Translations under genes and position numbers: made by a program
In this document: positions 1 through 38,176 of the stretch, piece by piece
Layout: each line of letters begins with the position of its first letter
Numbering within the stretch: the stretch's first letter is position 1
From: Macrostomum lignano
Taxonomy: Eukaryota
Length of the DNA: 64,000 bases
Assembly: GCA_002269645.1 (NCBI GenBank)
Contig: NIVC01002822.1
Coordinates: 62,001 to 126,000, forward strand
Direction of reading: 5' to 3'
The notes under the pieces: model-generated
What the model saw: the letters and a program-made list of their open reading frames with translations, nothing else
Told to the model about the DNA's origin: nothing
Databases searched by the model: none

Positions 1-574
1 TTTTAATGCAAAAGTGAAACAGGAATATTATGAATAGAAGCAGTGCTGCTTATTTAAAATTAGAGTCACTAATCCTCAGATCAGCTCTGAAAGATGAAGC
101 GAGGCTCAACTTCCAGGTCATTTAAGAAGATGTTGAAAAGTCTACTTTTTATAGTAGTAGTTAGGACTTTTGCTACAATATTGCGATCCGCTTGATTTCC
201 ATCCTTTAATTCTATTACAGAAAAGTCGTGCTTTACGCATGACACCTTGGCGTCTCTCCCTGACCTCACGGCCTCATCTGATGGCAGGATGAAATCGAGC
301 CTTCGTCCATCATTACGCTCCTAAATCCTACCCCTTACCCTCCCAGAAAGGATAACCTACTCGTAGTTTGAAGGGGGTGAGGTTCACAACACCCAAATCT
401 TTATCCATGATGCCACACAAGTGCGTACTCGCACACTGCATGCCATTTCGATATATTGTTCGCTCGTATTTGTACGGAAGTCTACAGTTTGTAGACTTGG
501 CTTGTCTTCGGCTCACATAAGTTTCAGGTAACTCCCACTCCAACAATTAAAAGTAACTCAATCAGTTCAGTACT

Positions 575-1592
575 TCAGGGCGACCGCACGAGGCCGAAGA
601 AGCTGCGGATCTCAGCCTCCGTCCTCGTGTCGTTTATGATGGCCACCGCCTGCACCGTGCCCTTCAGCATTCGAGAGTCGCCAGGTCGAAATCCCAAGCG
701 GATGCAGCGGTATGTCGACACGGCGCCGTTACGCTGAGGAAGATCGCGCACAGCAGACCGCGGCACGAACCCGGAGTTGGAGAAGAAGTCGCGGCTCGAC
801 GGAGACGCTGAAGTGATGCCGACCTCAACGAATTCATTCGGGTCAAACGAGTTCGTGGCAGATGGTGTGATGTAGTCAAAGAAAGATAAAGCCACCCTGA
901 AGAAGTACAGTCCATATCCACCCGTCCAGCCGTCCCAAAACGCCGCGCCCAAAGCCGTGGAGTCGCAGTTGTAGGATTCGAGCAGCGGTTTCTCTCTCGG
1001 GGACTCCCGCTTGAGCCTGACCAGCCACGTGAGTCCCTGCTGCACGCTCGCGAGCTCCACGTTCTCCAGCCACATCTTGGACGACACTCCGTCGAGCTTG
1101 GCTCCCTCGCTGCTCCACTCCACATTCTCCGACATCCACTGCTGTGTCTGGCCACACACCAAGTTGCTCCTGCTGGCGTCCGCATCGTCGCTCATCACCC
1201 AGGCGGCCCTCAGCTTCGAGCCCACATCCAGCATGAGCTTCCTGCTCAAGGTGAGGAACTTGGCGGCTGTCTTTGGCGAATGCGGCACAGCGGCGGGGCT
1301 GCGAGCTCTCTGCAGCAGCGAGTCCATCGATGAGGTGGCACACTGCGGTGTACTGGAAGAGCGAGCACTGGTGAGTGTCCGAGTCGAACTGGGCCACCAG
1401 CTGGCCGGTCGAGTCTTCCGTGGACATGGCGAACAGGACGCAGTCGGAGACGCCGGATGGAGTTTCGTGCACCCGCACTGCTTGGGCCTCGGGCAGGCAC
1501 TGCGGCAATCCCAGATTCTGCCACTGGACAACCGAGCTGTCGCAAATAATCAGCTGGACGCAGCAGAGCAGAAGCAGAGCGCAGCCTGCCAT
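575..1592 (-). CDS. Secreted PAN/apple-like + LamG/ConA-like (Laminin_G_3/pentraxin-like) lectin-domain protein, ~338 aa, one frameshift near 1272-1274
   Basis: ORF 876..1592 gives a signal peptide (MAGCALLLLCCVQLIIC) and a PAN-like segment (CVLF...FDSDTHQCSLF). ORF 575..1531 gives a LamG-like C-terminal half (GAKLDG...LTWLVRLK...IRLG...LKGTVQAVAIINDTRTEAEIRSF). Span is 1018 nt = 3n+1, so removing one base of the TTT run at 1272-1274 joins both frames. Domain calls come from motif recognition, not a search. Confidence 0.65.
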
Positions 1593-1623
1593 GAGGTGTG
1601 CGAGGTCTGTGACTTCGACTGCT

Positions 1624-1638
1624 CTTTAAATATATATA
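1624..1638 (-). promoter_or_regulatory. TATA-like box upstream of the lectin gene
   Basis: Minus strand reads TATATATATTTAAAG, 32-46 nt upstream of the ATG at 1592. Confidence 0.45.
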
Positions 1639-1804
1639 GTGTACTTCTTTTTGCGGGCTTAATTAGACTAGGAAACTTTTGAATTAAGTGCTCAAGTCAG
1701 TAAGAGGCAAGCAATCTTCCGCTGAACCCTTAGCAAGCCAAGAACCACTAGTAGTTACTTCTAGGTAACTAGGTTACTTAACTCCTAGTGGTCCTTAGAG
1801 CACC

Positions 1805-1810
1805 CACACA

Positions 1811-1856
<46 letters not shown>
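1805..1856. repeat. (CA)n microsatellite
   Basis: About 25 CA units. Confidence 0.95.
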
Positions 1857-1857
<1 letters not shown>

Positions 1858-2873
1858 ATACAGAAGCTATACAGGCACACCATTATACAAGGTGAACGAC
1901 TATGTGGCCGTGCCTGCGGTATCGAACCCTGGTACCGCTGAGCTATCTTACAGATTCATGCGTGCTCACCTGTGTGCAGTTCATTAGCAACTTGCATGGC
2001 GCTCGTTTTAGCAGTATTTGAGTTCACAAAATGTTTGATCTTGATCACAAAATACACCTGGCTGCGGCCTGTATGCTTCTTAGCGCTCTTTTATGCTGAT
2101 TCCGGCCTGGCAGCTGCTGAGGGACGCTGCTTTCCCACACTCCTCGTAGGCGTTCTTAGCTACTGCCTTTCCCGAACTAAACGCAAGAAGCTTGCTAGTT
2201 CTTCGCAGAGCAACTCCAACCTGCTGGAGCGTAACGCCGCTTGAGCACTCTTCTCATTGCGACATCCTACTGAGGCAGAGTGAAAACCTCTGCTCAGAAC
2301 AATTGAATGCTTCCTCCTTTGAAGGCTAAATTTCTGTCAGCTCACAGCAGTAAAGAAAGATTGAGAATAAAAGAAAATCTTCCTGAAACATTTTCCCTTC
2401 TTTTCTCCTGACTAATGCGACTAGTGCTGCTCCCGCGTTTGAGATGCGCCTCAAGATTTCCAGACCCTATTCATGAGTTAAAGCTGGTAGCCAGAAGTGG
2501 GTAACTCTGGGTATTTTAACAGATGAGCAATAGTTAAGAAGAGAGATAGAGTTCGTGTTTGAGTACTGTATAAGTAAATTAGGCCTGATTACTAGTGCTA
2601 ATACATTGACAGAATACAGAAAGGTCGTTAGCGGATGTGTGTACTTCGAAGCGAGCAATTGTTTATCATCGCCATGAGGTGATATGTATGTAGCATCGGA
2701 AAAATATGCGTATACGAGTATTCTACAGTCAGGTGAAAAAGTGCGTTTGAGTCTGACACGAAGTTACAAGTGTGCTTGTTTATACGAGTGTAGTAAACTT
2801 TGCTGTTTAGCAAGCATACTCTGTCCCTGGTGCAGGCTGTGCCAGTTAGCCTGGAGGTGTCAGGACAGCCAGT

Positions 2874-3762
2874 TCACAGCTGCATGTCACAGCTGGAGAC
2901 AGATGTCGATGAGCTCGTCACCGAGGCCTCCTCCATCCAGCTGACGCGGATCAGCTGCGGCAGGAACGGCGTCTCCGTTGCCATGGAAACAATGTCGGAT
3001 CCGCGCAGCAGCAGCGACGTCTGGTCACTTGGTGACGGCGTCCTGCAGGAGAAGCGGCTGCAGCTGCTCAGGTCTGCGCAGTCTGCCGAGCCGCCTGCAG
3101 GCTGCTGGCCGGAGGTTGCCTGAGCCGCTTTCGTTGTCGCTGCTGTCAGGGTGGTCGCCGCCGAGATGACCGCCGAGGCCTCCGACTCCGAGGACAGCTC
3201 GCAGACCGCCGCCGATGGCAATCGACGAGCAACCGAAGAAGCCACGGCGGCTGCCGTCGCTGCCCAGCCGCCACGGCGATGGAACGCCCTGGGCTCGAAT
3301 CCGAGGGCCTCCGCTGCCTCCGGCTGGCGGACTTTGCGGGCCAGCAGCGACCGCTGCAGCTGCGGGGTGGGTCGGTGGCGAGGCTGTTGAAGCAGACAGG
3401 CACAAAGTCACCAAGACACAAAAGCTCAAGGACACCCAGACACTGCCGGACCTGAACTCGAACCGACAGCGCCTTTTCCTCAGCCTCCAGTCGGTCTCCG
3501 GTGAGCGCGATGCTCCATCGAACAACGTCGACCTGTTCGTGGCGGCAACAGTGCCACTCCTGACTGCAGGTCTCTCCGCCGGACTGGATGAAGAAATTGT
3601 CGGCGAAGGCAGCCGAGTCGACTCTGGCCGTATCGGTGTTGCTAACATTCGCCAGTTGTTGCCTCTCCGCCACCTGCAGCTCGTCATCGCTGCCGGGCAG
3701 CGGCGCGGCCACGCAGCAGGGGTTTTTCCTGTAGTGCCAGAGCCGCATCCGCGACTGCAGCA
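2874..3762 (-). CDS. Unknown gene, terminal exon(s): beta-rich Cys-containing segment followed by a Ser/Thr/Ala-rich tail; frameshift or small intron near 3360-3450
   Basis: Phase-1 acceptor TTGCAG at 3763 enters ORF frame 3146..3763 (LWHYRKNPCC...WSIALTG...CFNSLATDPP). The GC3-rich frame from 3359 to stop 2874 (LQRSLLARK...SSCDMQL*) is a different frame. One extra base in the G-run at 3364-3367 would join them. Confidence 0.45.
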
Positions 3763-3979
3763 CTGCAACCGAGGTTTTGAGTTGGTCAATCTTAGTGGAA
3801 ACACGCTGCCTTCTACCCTGCAGCCCAGTTTGTGCCTACTGGCTTCCTCTGTATTCTACTTAAAGTAGATTCAAAAGGAGCCGATATTAAAATTTAGTTT
3901 GTATAATGAAGATACCAAAGAGTCCTTTCTGTTCTACTTTGGGTAGTGCAAAACGTTTCAATCAATGCTTTGAACTCAC

Positions 3980-4099
3980 CGTGCCGCTCCGGTCGCTTTC
4001 TGGGTGAAAATGATTTCCTATAATTTGATGGCATCCTCGGCAGACGGCTGTTCGCGGCGAGCCGGCACAGCCGCTGATACTCCAGAACCGGCTTTCGCT
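3980..4099 (-). CDS. Unknown gene, exon 2 (ERKPVLEYQRLC...RPERH)
   Basis: Acceptor CCAG at 4100 and donor G|GTGAGT at 3979; 120 nt, phase 1-1, matching exon 1. Confidence 0.55.
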
Positions 4100-4254
4100 C
4101 TGGTTTTACCATTTTTCAGAGAAACAATATTGGAGTACGCTCATTTAGAAAGAAGAAATATTTTTTGCGCTTTCTGTAACTGCCACCAATTCTCTTTCTT
4201 GTGTGCAAGTTGATAAGAATGCGATACCCATAATATTAAAAATTAATATTTGAT

Positions 4255-4495
4255 TCACTATTGCATGGCGCATCTGAAGACTGCGTACGGCTGTTCAGTC
4301 CAAGGACTGGGGGGTCGCCACACACCCTCAATCACCCCAGCTAATGCTGGCACCCATTTTACAGCTGGGTGAACTGAAGCAATGCAGAGTTAAGTGTCTT
4401 GCTCACAAGGCACAAATTGTTCCGAGTGGGTCGAGAATCGAACCCCCGACCTTTAAGTCGTGAGCCCAACGCTCTGACCACTAGGCTACAAACCC
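4255..4495 (-). mobile_element. tRNA-derived SINE with a CORE-type (MIR-like) central domain
   Basis: Minus strand shows A box TAGCCTAGTGG and B box GGTTCGATTC in a degenerate tRNA-like head (4426-4494). It is followed by GAGCAAGACACTTAACTC...TCAGTT...CTGTAAAATGGG (4350-4410), close to the MIR CORE consensus as I recall it. It lies in intron 1 of the unknown gene. Confidence 0.7.
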
Positions 4496-4525
4496 TATAG
4501 GAACCCAGAAACTCGACCTGCTCAC

Positions 4526-4808
4526 CGGGGCGCCCTCTGGCTTTGCCATCCAGCGACCGGTTCGACTCGAAACTGAAGCCTTCGCTGGCCTTTTTCGAGT
4601 TCCGAGTCCGGCAGCAGCAGTGCCTGTTCTCAAGCTCGAGCATCTCCTCGAACTGCTGGCGCCAGTCTCGTTGCTGCTGCATCTGCAGGTACAGCTCGCA
4701 CACGCGGAACCGAGGCCTGCTGCTCTTTCTGAAACTCGAGAGCAGCTTCTTCGGCCGGGTCCGGATCACTGGGGTGGCGCTGTTGTTGGTGGACCGGTTT
4801 GCCTTCAT
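4526..4808 (-). CDS. Unknown gene, exon 1 (MKANRSTNN...GKARGRP)
   Basis: ATG at 4808, open frame, donor G|GTGAGC at 4525 (phase 1). Confidence 0.55.
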
Positions 4809-5019
4809 TGCCCCGCTGCCTTATTTTACTAGGATGAAATACGAGCGCAATTGCCAAGGAGTCGCTGACGTTAGGCTAAATTCGAGTTGCACTTTTATTA
4901 TAAGCAAAATCGAAAATTTCACGTTCTGTGTGCTCTTGGCCATAGACAAATAGGCCTTATTGCTGATCTTAGCGAAAACACTTGAGGTTCCTCGAAATAG
5001 GGTGTCACTGTCTACAAAT

Positions 5020-6120
5020 CCGAGGGGTTGTTGGTTGTGTTTCAGTCAGTCTGAGGGGTTGTTGGTTGTGTTTCAGTCAGTCTGAGGGGTTGTTAGTTGT
5101 GTTTCAGTCAGTCTGAGGGGTTGTTGGTTGTGTTTCAGTCAGTCTGAGGGGTTGTTGGTTGTGTTTCAGTCAGTCTGAGGGGTTGTTGGTTGTGTTTCAG
5201 TCAGTCTGAGGGGTTGTTGGTTGTGTTTCAGTCAGTCTGAGGGGTTGTTGGTTGTGTTTCAGTCAGTCTGAGGAGTTGTAGGTTGTGTTTCAGTCAGTCT
5301 GAGGAGTTGTTGGTTGTGTTTCAGTCAGTCTGAGGAGTTGCTGGTTGTGTTTCAGTCAGTCTGAGGAGTTGTAGGTTGTGTTTCAGTCAGTCTGAGGGGT
5401 TGTTGGTTGTGTTTCAGTCAGTCTGAGGGGTTGTTGGTTGTGTTTCAGTCAGTCTGAGGGGTTGTTGGTTGTGTTTCAGTCAGTCTGAGGGGTTGTTGGT
5501 TGTGTTTCAGTCAGTCTGAGGGGTTGTTGGTTGTGTTTCAGTCAGTCTGAGGGGTTGTTGGTTGTGTTTCAGTCAGTCTGAGGGGTTGTTGGTTGTGTTT
5601 CAGTCAGTCTGAGGGGTTGTTGGTTGTGTTTCAGTCAGTCTGAGGGGTTGTTGGTTGTGTTTCAGTCAGTCTGAGGAGTTGTAGGTTGTGTTTCAGTCAG
5701 TCTGAGGAGTTGTTGGTTGTGTTTCAGTCAGTCTGAGGAGTTGCTGGTTGTGTTTCAGTCAGTCTGAGGAGTTGTAGGTTGTGTTTCAGTCAGTCTGAGG
5801 GGTTGTTGGTTGTGTTTCAGTCAGTCTGAGGAGTTGTTGGTTGTGTTTCAGTCAGTCTGAGGAGTTGTAGGTTGTGTTTCAGTCAGTCTGAGGGGTTGTT
5901 GGTTGTGTTTCAGTCAGTCTGAGGAGTTGTTGGTTGTGTTTCAGTCAGTCTGAGGAGTTGTAGGTTGTGTTTCAGTCAGTCTGAGGAGTTGTAGGTTGTG
6001 TTTCAGTCAGTCTGAGGAGTTGTAGGTTGTGTTTCAGTCAGTCTGAGGAGTTGTTGGTTGTGTTTCAGTCAGTCTGAGGAGTTGTTGGTTGTGTTTCAGT
6101 CAGTCTGAGGGATTGTTGGG
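5020..6120. repeat. 31-nt minisatellite CTGAGGGGTTGTTGGTTGTGTTTCAGTCAGT (~35 copies)
   Basis: Direct reading; the variant pattern repeats at 403 nt (13 units). Confidence 0.95.
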
Positions 6121-6554
6121 TGTCAATGTCAATTATAGAGGTTTGTGGAGCTAAGGAAAAAATAAAAAGTTCAACTTCGCTTAGCAGTGTAGATGGAGTT
6201 AAAGTGAGACAGCTCATTGGAATTAAAAAAGGCACTGAAAAAAAAACAGAAAATCATGTGAAAATGAGAAACTGTGGGAATTCAAATGAAAAAAAGTGAA
6301 AAAATATAAATTTCAATCTAAATGCTAATTTGAAACTCGGCTTGGGTTCAAATCCTGTTGCTGTTTTAGAAGCTGTTGTTGGCGAAAAAAGGAAGAATAA
6401 AGATTCAAATATTTCTATCTGACAATGTTACCTTTAATAGGATTTTCCTGTGTATTTAGCTGCAACAGATTCTTTGAGTAAATGTGGAGAGTAAGTGCAG
6501 ACGGTTTTGTGTTTTTTATTTAAATAAATTAATAAAAATGCAAAATCTCTCACC

Positions 6555-7070
6555 CCTAAACAACACCCCTCACCCTCTCACCCCTGCCAGACACCCTCAC
6601 TCTCTCACCCCTCCCCCACACCCCTCACTCTCTCACCCTTCCCCACACCCCTCACTCCGTCATGCCTGCCAGACACCCCTCACTCTCTCACCCCTGCCCC
6701 AAACCCCTCACTCTCTCACCCCTTCCCCACACCCCTCACTCCGTCATGCCTGCCAGACACCCCTCACTCTCTCACCCCTGCCCCAAACCCCTCACTCTCT
6801 CAACTCTCCCCCACACCCCTCAATCCCTCCCCCTGCCCCACACCCCTCACTCTCTCACCCCTGCCTCACACCCCTCACTCTCTCACCCCTGCCTCACACC
6901 CCTCACTCTCTCAACTCTCCCCCACACCCCTCAATCCTTCACCCCTGCCCCACACCCCTCACTCTCTCACCCCTGCCAGACACCCCTCACTTTCTCACCC
7001 CTCCCCTACACCTCTGACTCTCTCACCCCTTCCCTACACCTCTGACTCTCTCACCCCTTCCCTACACCTC
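6555..7070. repeat. C-rich ~28-30-nt minisatellite (CACCCCTCACTCTCTCACCCCT...), G4-prone on the minus strand
   Basis: Repeated CCCC runs. Confidence 0.9.
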
Positions 7071-7562
7071 TCATCTGAGCACAGGTGAATCACAGAGCAC
7101 CGTCTCGCATAAAATTTCAGTTACAGTTCATTACTCCTTAGAACTCCTTAGATCCGCCTTAGAACTTCCTCAATAGTCGGGTTAGAGAACCCCCGGGTCA
7201 AAGGTTGCCACCGCTCTGAGAAGTCTTTGCCAGCTGAAGATTTCATCAGAAATGCCAATTGCGGCTGCATTGATTGATTATGGCGCTGCGGTGTGGCCCG
7301 CATCAATAAACTGCATTGGCTGGGGTCAGTCAGACTCAAAGAGTTGGCCCATCATTGCTGCAATAAGTAGGCCATCAAGCAGATGATGAGAGTGAATCAC
7401 CTGAGCGACGGATTGGGGCGGTGTATGGCCTCACAGAAATCCCAATGCTGGGGGTCTGCGCGGAACTTTGAGCTACCGGTCATGGAGCTCTGGAGGCCTG
7501 TAATCTGGAGTTGGTTCAACTCGTTTTTTGACTTGGGCCACCATTTCGGTTTTAATGAAATT

Positions 7563-8050
7563 GATTTCTAATCTAACGTCAATCGATTTCTAATTGGGCG
7601 CCAATCGATTTCTAATCGGGCGCTAATCGATTTCTAATTGGGCGCCAATCGATTTCTAATCGGGCGCTAATCGATTTCTAATTGGGTGCCAATTGATTTC
7701 TAATCTAACGTCAATCGATTTCTAATTGGGCGCCAATCGATTTCTAATTGGGCGCCAATTGATTTCTAATTTAATGCCAATCGGCTTCTATTTTGGGGCC
7801 AATCAATTTTTGAAGTGGCGCCAATCGGTTTCTAATTTGGAGCCAATCGATTTCTAATCTGGCGCCAATCGATTTTTAAAGTGGCGCCAATCGGTTTCTA
7901 ATTTGGCGCCAATCGATTTCTAATCTGGAGCCAATCGATTTCTAATTTGGCGCCAATTGATTTCTAATCTGGCGCCAATCGATTTCTAATCTGGCACAAA
8001 TCCATTTGTAATTAGATGCCAATCGGTTTCTAATTTGGCGCCTACCGATT
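7563..8050. repeat. 22-nt minisatellite GCCAATCGATTTCTAATTGGGC
   Basis: About 22 degenerate copies, 460-950 nt upstream of the Ig-gene ATG. Confidence 0.9.
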
Positions 8051-8512
8051 CTAGTTCAAAAGTATTTAAACCCCGCAGTTAAACCAAATAACCAACTGTT
8101 TTCAGTAGTCGATAATGCACTACTGAAGTTGCAATAAGTTTGCGAAATGAAGCTGTTTTCACGCCAGATTCCAGCATTCAGATCTCCTTGTCTCTCCCCA
8201 CTCCAAACCTGCACTGGCAGTCAAGTGGGCCAATTTTCTAAATAGAAGCCCCGGACCCCCCACTGTGAGGGGCAGCCAATCAGACGGCGGAGAGCCAGAA
8301 CTCTTTGAGCCACTCCGGCGCCAGCGCCAATCCACAAATCCTCCCCCAGCTGCCCCGGAGGCAGCCCCCCATTTGTTGTTACAAAAAGCGCAGCAGACCC
8401 CAGACAGCTCAATGATTCTTGGAGAAATCCACGTTAATCCCTTGCTTGGCTCATAGTCAACTACAAGCAGAGCAGACAACAAATTATCATTAATAATTCA
8501 AATAAAAGAGGA

Positions 8513-35239
<26,727 letters not shown>

Positions 35240-35924
35240 GCCGCAGAATCGAACCCCGCACGTCACGCAGACTCTGAAAATTTTTTATCCATTGTAACTC
35301 ACCGCAAAAAGATCTTCAACTGCTTGTGCAACACAAATTATCCAAGGCAAATCATATTTGAAATTCAGCTGATTAAACTCGAGCACGTATTAAGCACCTT
35401 GATGGTAGATTAAAAGTACTTTGAGATTATAATGTGTTTTCAGGTGCAAATCCTGGAAAAGCACCCAATCAAAGTCCGATCGTTAAATGTTCGATGAAAA
35501 CCTTCCCGTGTTCGGTTGTGAATGCTTTTTCATTTTATGCTTATTTTGTTAGAAACAGTTTACTTAAACAAAAAATTGCCATTGAAATGCTTGTTTGGTA
35601 GCCCCGCCCTGGTGGTCATGTAATAGCATTGTTGCAATGCCTTTTCTTGACCGTACTACTTTTAGTAGAAAATCTCAGCAATGTGAACGCCAGTGGGTGT
35701 GAATAGTTTATTAAATTGCAATTTTTACTTTGCCGCACGAATTCATAAAAAGCAGAAATGCTTGAAAATGTTCCGCTATTCCAGCTGATCAACCCACGCG
35801 TTTTCTTGTCAGTCTGTACTTTTAATAATATTATATCAGCTGCGCTTCAACTGCCTCACTTACAGTACCTTCTGTCTGCTGGATCTTGTTCCTTACATAC
35901 ATGCTTCTATAGGGGCACCAGATC

Positions 35925-36150
35925 TAATTAGGGCACTGTAGCTGACCTAATTAGGGCACTGTAACTGACCTAATTAGGGCAATATAACTGACCTAATTAG
36001 GGCAATATAACTGACCAAATTAGGGCAATATAACTGACCAAATTAGAGCAATATAACTGACCTAATTAGGCCAATATAACTGACCTAATTAGGGCACCTT
36101 AATTGATCTAAGGCACTATAACTAACTTAATTAGGGCTCTATAACTGATC
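35925..36150. repeat. 23-nt minisatellite CTAATTAGGGCAATATAACTGAC containing TTAGGG
   Basis: About 9 units. Confidence 0.85.
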
Positions 36151-36864
36151 TAGCAGCAGCCAAAAGTCCTTCCTGAAATTCCACAAAGCACCTCAACCCA
36201 ATCTGCGCGTGTAAAATTCCCACAAACTGCGGTTAAAGCGTCAAATTACTTGATAATTAATTATTATTAATGCTTTAAACATCCACTACATTATTATCGA
36301 TAATCTGCTGAGGATGAAATAAACAGAAAAGTTCAGTATGAAAATAATACAGTATTCAGCATTTCTCTTCTTTGTCAATTGTTTCTCGCAAACCTTTTAA
36401 AGGCTCGTTTCACAGCAGCTTAGAGGGTCGGTCACCCGATTTATGTTGAATAGGAATATTAACTTCCTGAGACGGCAATTATGCACATATTGAGAGGCAT
36501 TGAAAGGCTTTCAAGGCCTGGGTTTGCGGCAGCACTGCCAGCCCAAATAAGCAGAGGCGAGTCACATAAAGCTAAATAATTTAAAATCAGCCATTTGCAT
36601 TCGCAGGATGGTAGCGCAGTTATAAATATGTATTTAAATATTTCTGCCAAAATTAATGCTTATAGCTACGCGTCAACAATAAGTTAATAGACGAAATATC
36701 GACAGAAATGGAAGGGAGCCATCAGCGAGCAGATTTAACTAACAGTAGCGACTGCCGCATTGCATAGTGCTGAAGCTCGATAAGTGAAAATTGGCCTGCC
36801 TTCTGCAATTCATTAGACCGAATTTTATTGATTTGAAATATAAGTTATTCATGCTCTATAACTG

Positions 36865-37350
36865 GCAAACTATATGACCAATAGTCTATGAGCTCTCTGA
36901 CCAATAGTCTATGTCGTATGAGCACTCTAAACAATAGTCTATTATCACTCTTTGACCAATAGTCTATGAGCACTCTATGACCAATGGTCTATGAGCACAC
37001 TATGACCAATAGTATATGAGCACTCTATGACCAATAGTATATGAGCACTCTATGACCAATAGTCTATGAGCACTCTATGACCAATAGTCTATGAGCACAC
37101 TATGACCAATAGTCTATGAGCACTCTATGACCAATAGTCTATGAGCACACTATGACCAGTAGTATATGAGCACTCTATGACCAATAGTATATGAGCACTC
37201 TATGACCAATAGTCTATGAGCACTCTATGACCAATAGTCCATGAGCACTCTATGACCAATAGTATATGAGCACTCTATGACCAATAGTCTATGAGCACTC
37301 TATGACCAATAGTCCATGAGCACTCTATGACCAATAGTCTATGAGCACTT
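36865..37350. repeat. 25-nt minisatellite ATGAGCACTCTATGACCAATAGTCT
   Basis: About 18 units; inverted relative of 32645-34065. Confidence 0.93.
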
Positions 37351-37899
37351 TATTGAAATTCTACGAGTATGAGCACTAAATATTTGAATCGAGAAATACT
37401 TCGCAAGCATGCACATCTAACAAGGACAAAGTTAAGTCTCTTTACCCAATGATCATAATGTCACACAGGTATCAAACAGAAATGTTGCATTATTTGCATG
37501 GATAAAAAATAAGGCTCATAATAACTAACAACATGCGCCGAAATCAATCAGCATGAAAATATAGCGATCAACTGATTATTAATGAAATAGGAGGCGCCGT
37601 ACATGACAGACAAAAACAAAAGAAATTACCAAACAAAGAATTTGAATCGGCAGAGCCAGTGGCTCAAGGCCTAGCTATGTACACAGAATTAATACAGCAC
37701 AATGCCAATCAATCAGGCTGACAATTTATAATTGAAAACATGACAAAAACCAATTATAAGCAAATATTGACAATTAAAATTGATTTGTTTGTTCATTGTA
37801 CACAATAGCATATTAATAACTATGTAGAAATATAAAAGTTTAAATACGAGCGTAAAAGGTTTATGGTTAACGGTGTAGTAAATAGGAATTCTTCAAGAC

Positions 37900-38176
37900 G
37901 GTCACGTGACCCCTGTACATGTACAGCTTGGGGGCTACGCGACCCAATCACCTAAAGGGGTCACTTGACCGTCAGATTTTTTTACATTGGCCTCAGATTT
38001 GATCAAGAGGGGTCACGTGACCCTCAAAGATTTTAACAAGGGGGTCACGTGACCCAAAAATCAGAAAATTTTGCGGTGAATCACGTGACCGAAATAGTTG
38101 ACGGCTGATCAAACAAAGTACATCTTTATGAGGGGTCAAGACACCCCAATTAGTTAGTGCAAGGGTCACATGACCC
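37900..38176. promoter_or_regulatory. Cluster of GGTCACGTGACC palindromes (E-box/CLEAR-like)
   Basis: GTCACGTGAC at 37901, 38012 and 38044; TCACGTGACC at 38081; one-mismatch copies near 37960 and 38165. Confidence 0.4.

Noticed and set aside
81-546. Two short minus-strand ORFs with protein-like composition (possible viral or TE remnant)
   Set aside because: No recognisable motif, and their length is within chance expectation.
1011-1682. Plus-strand 223-aa ORF and other antisense ORFs over GC-rich exons (3215, 4543, 39021, 50404, 57243)
   Set aside because: These are shadows of GC3-biased coding sequence on the opposite strand.
2479-2810. About 110-codon plus frame with only two stops
   Set aside because: Not significant and no family resemblance.
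1592-2874. Operon/trans-spliced pair of the two minus-strand genes
   Set aside because: They are 1.3 kb apart and the downstream gene has its own TATA-like box. No spliced-leader evidence is visible in DNA.
4426-4494. tRNA gene (CAC in the anticodon loop)
   Set aside because: The acceptor and T stems pair poorly and the head runs into a CORE-like SINE body, so I called it a SINE.
5020-6120. CRISPR-like appearance of the 28-36-nt periodic arrays
   Set aside because: Units are head-to-tail with no unique spacers, there are no cas genes, and the context is a spliced animal genome.
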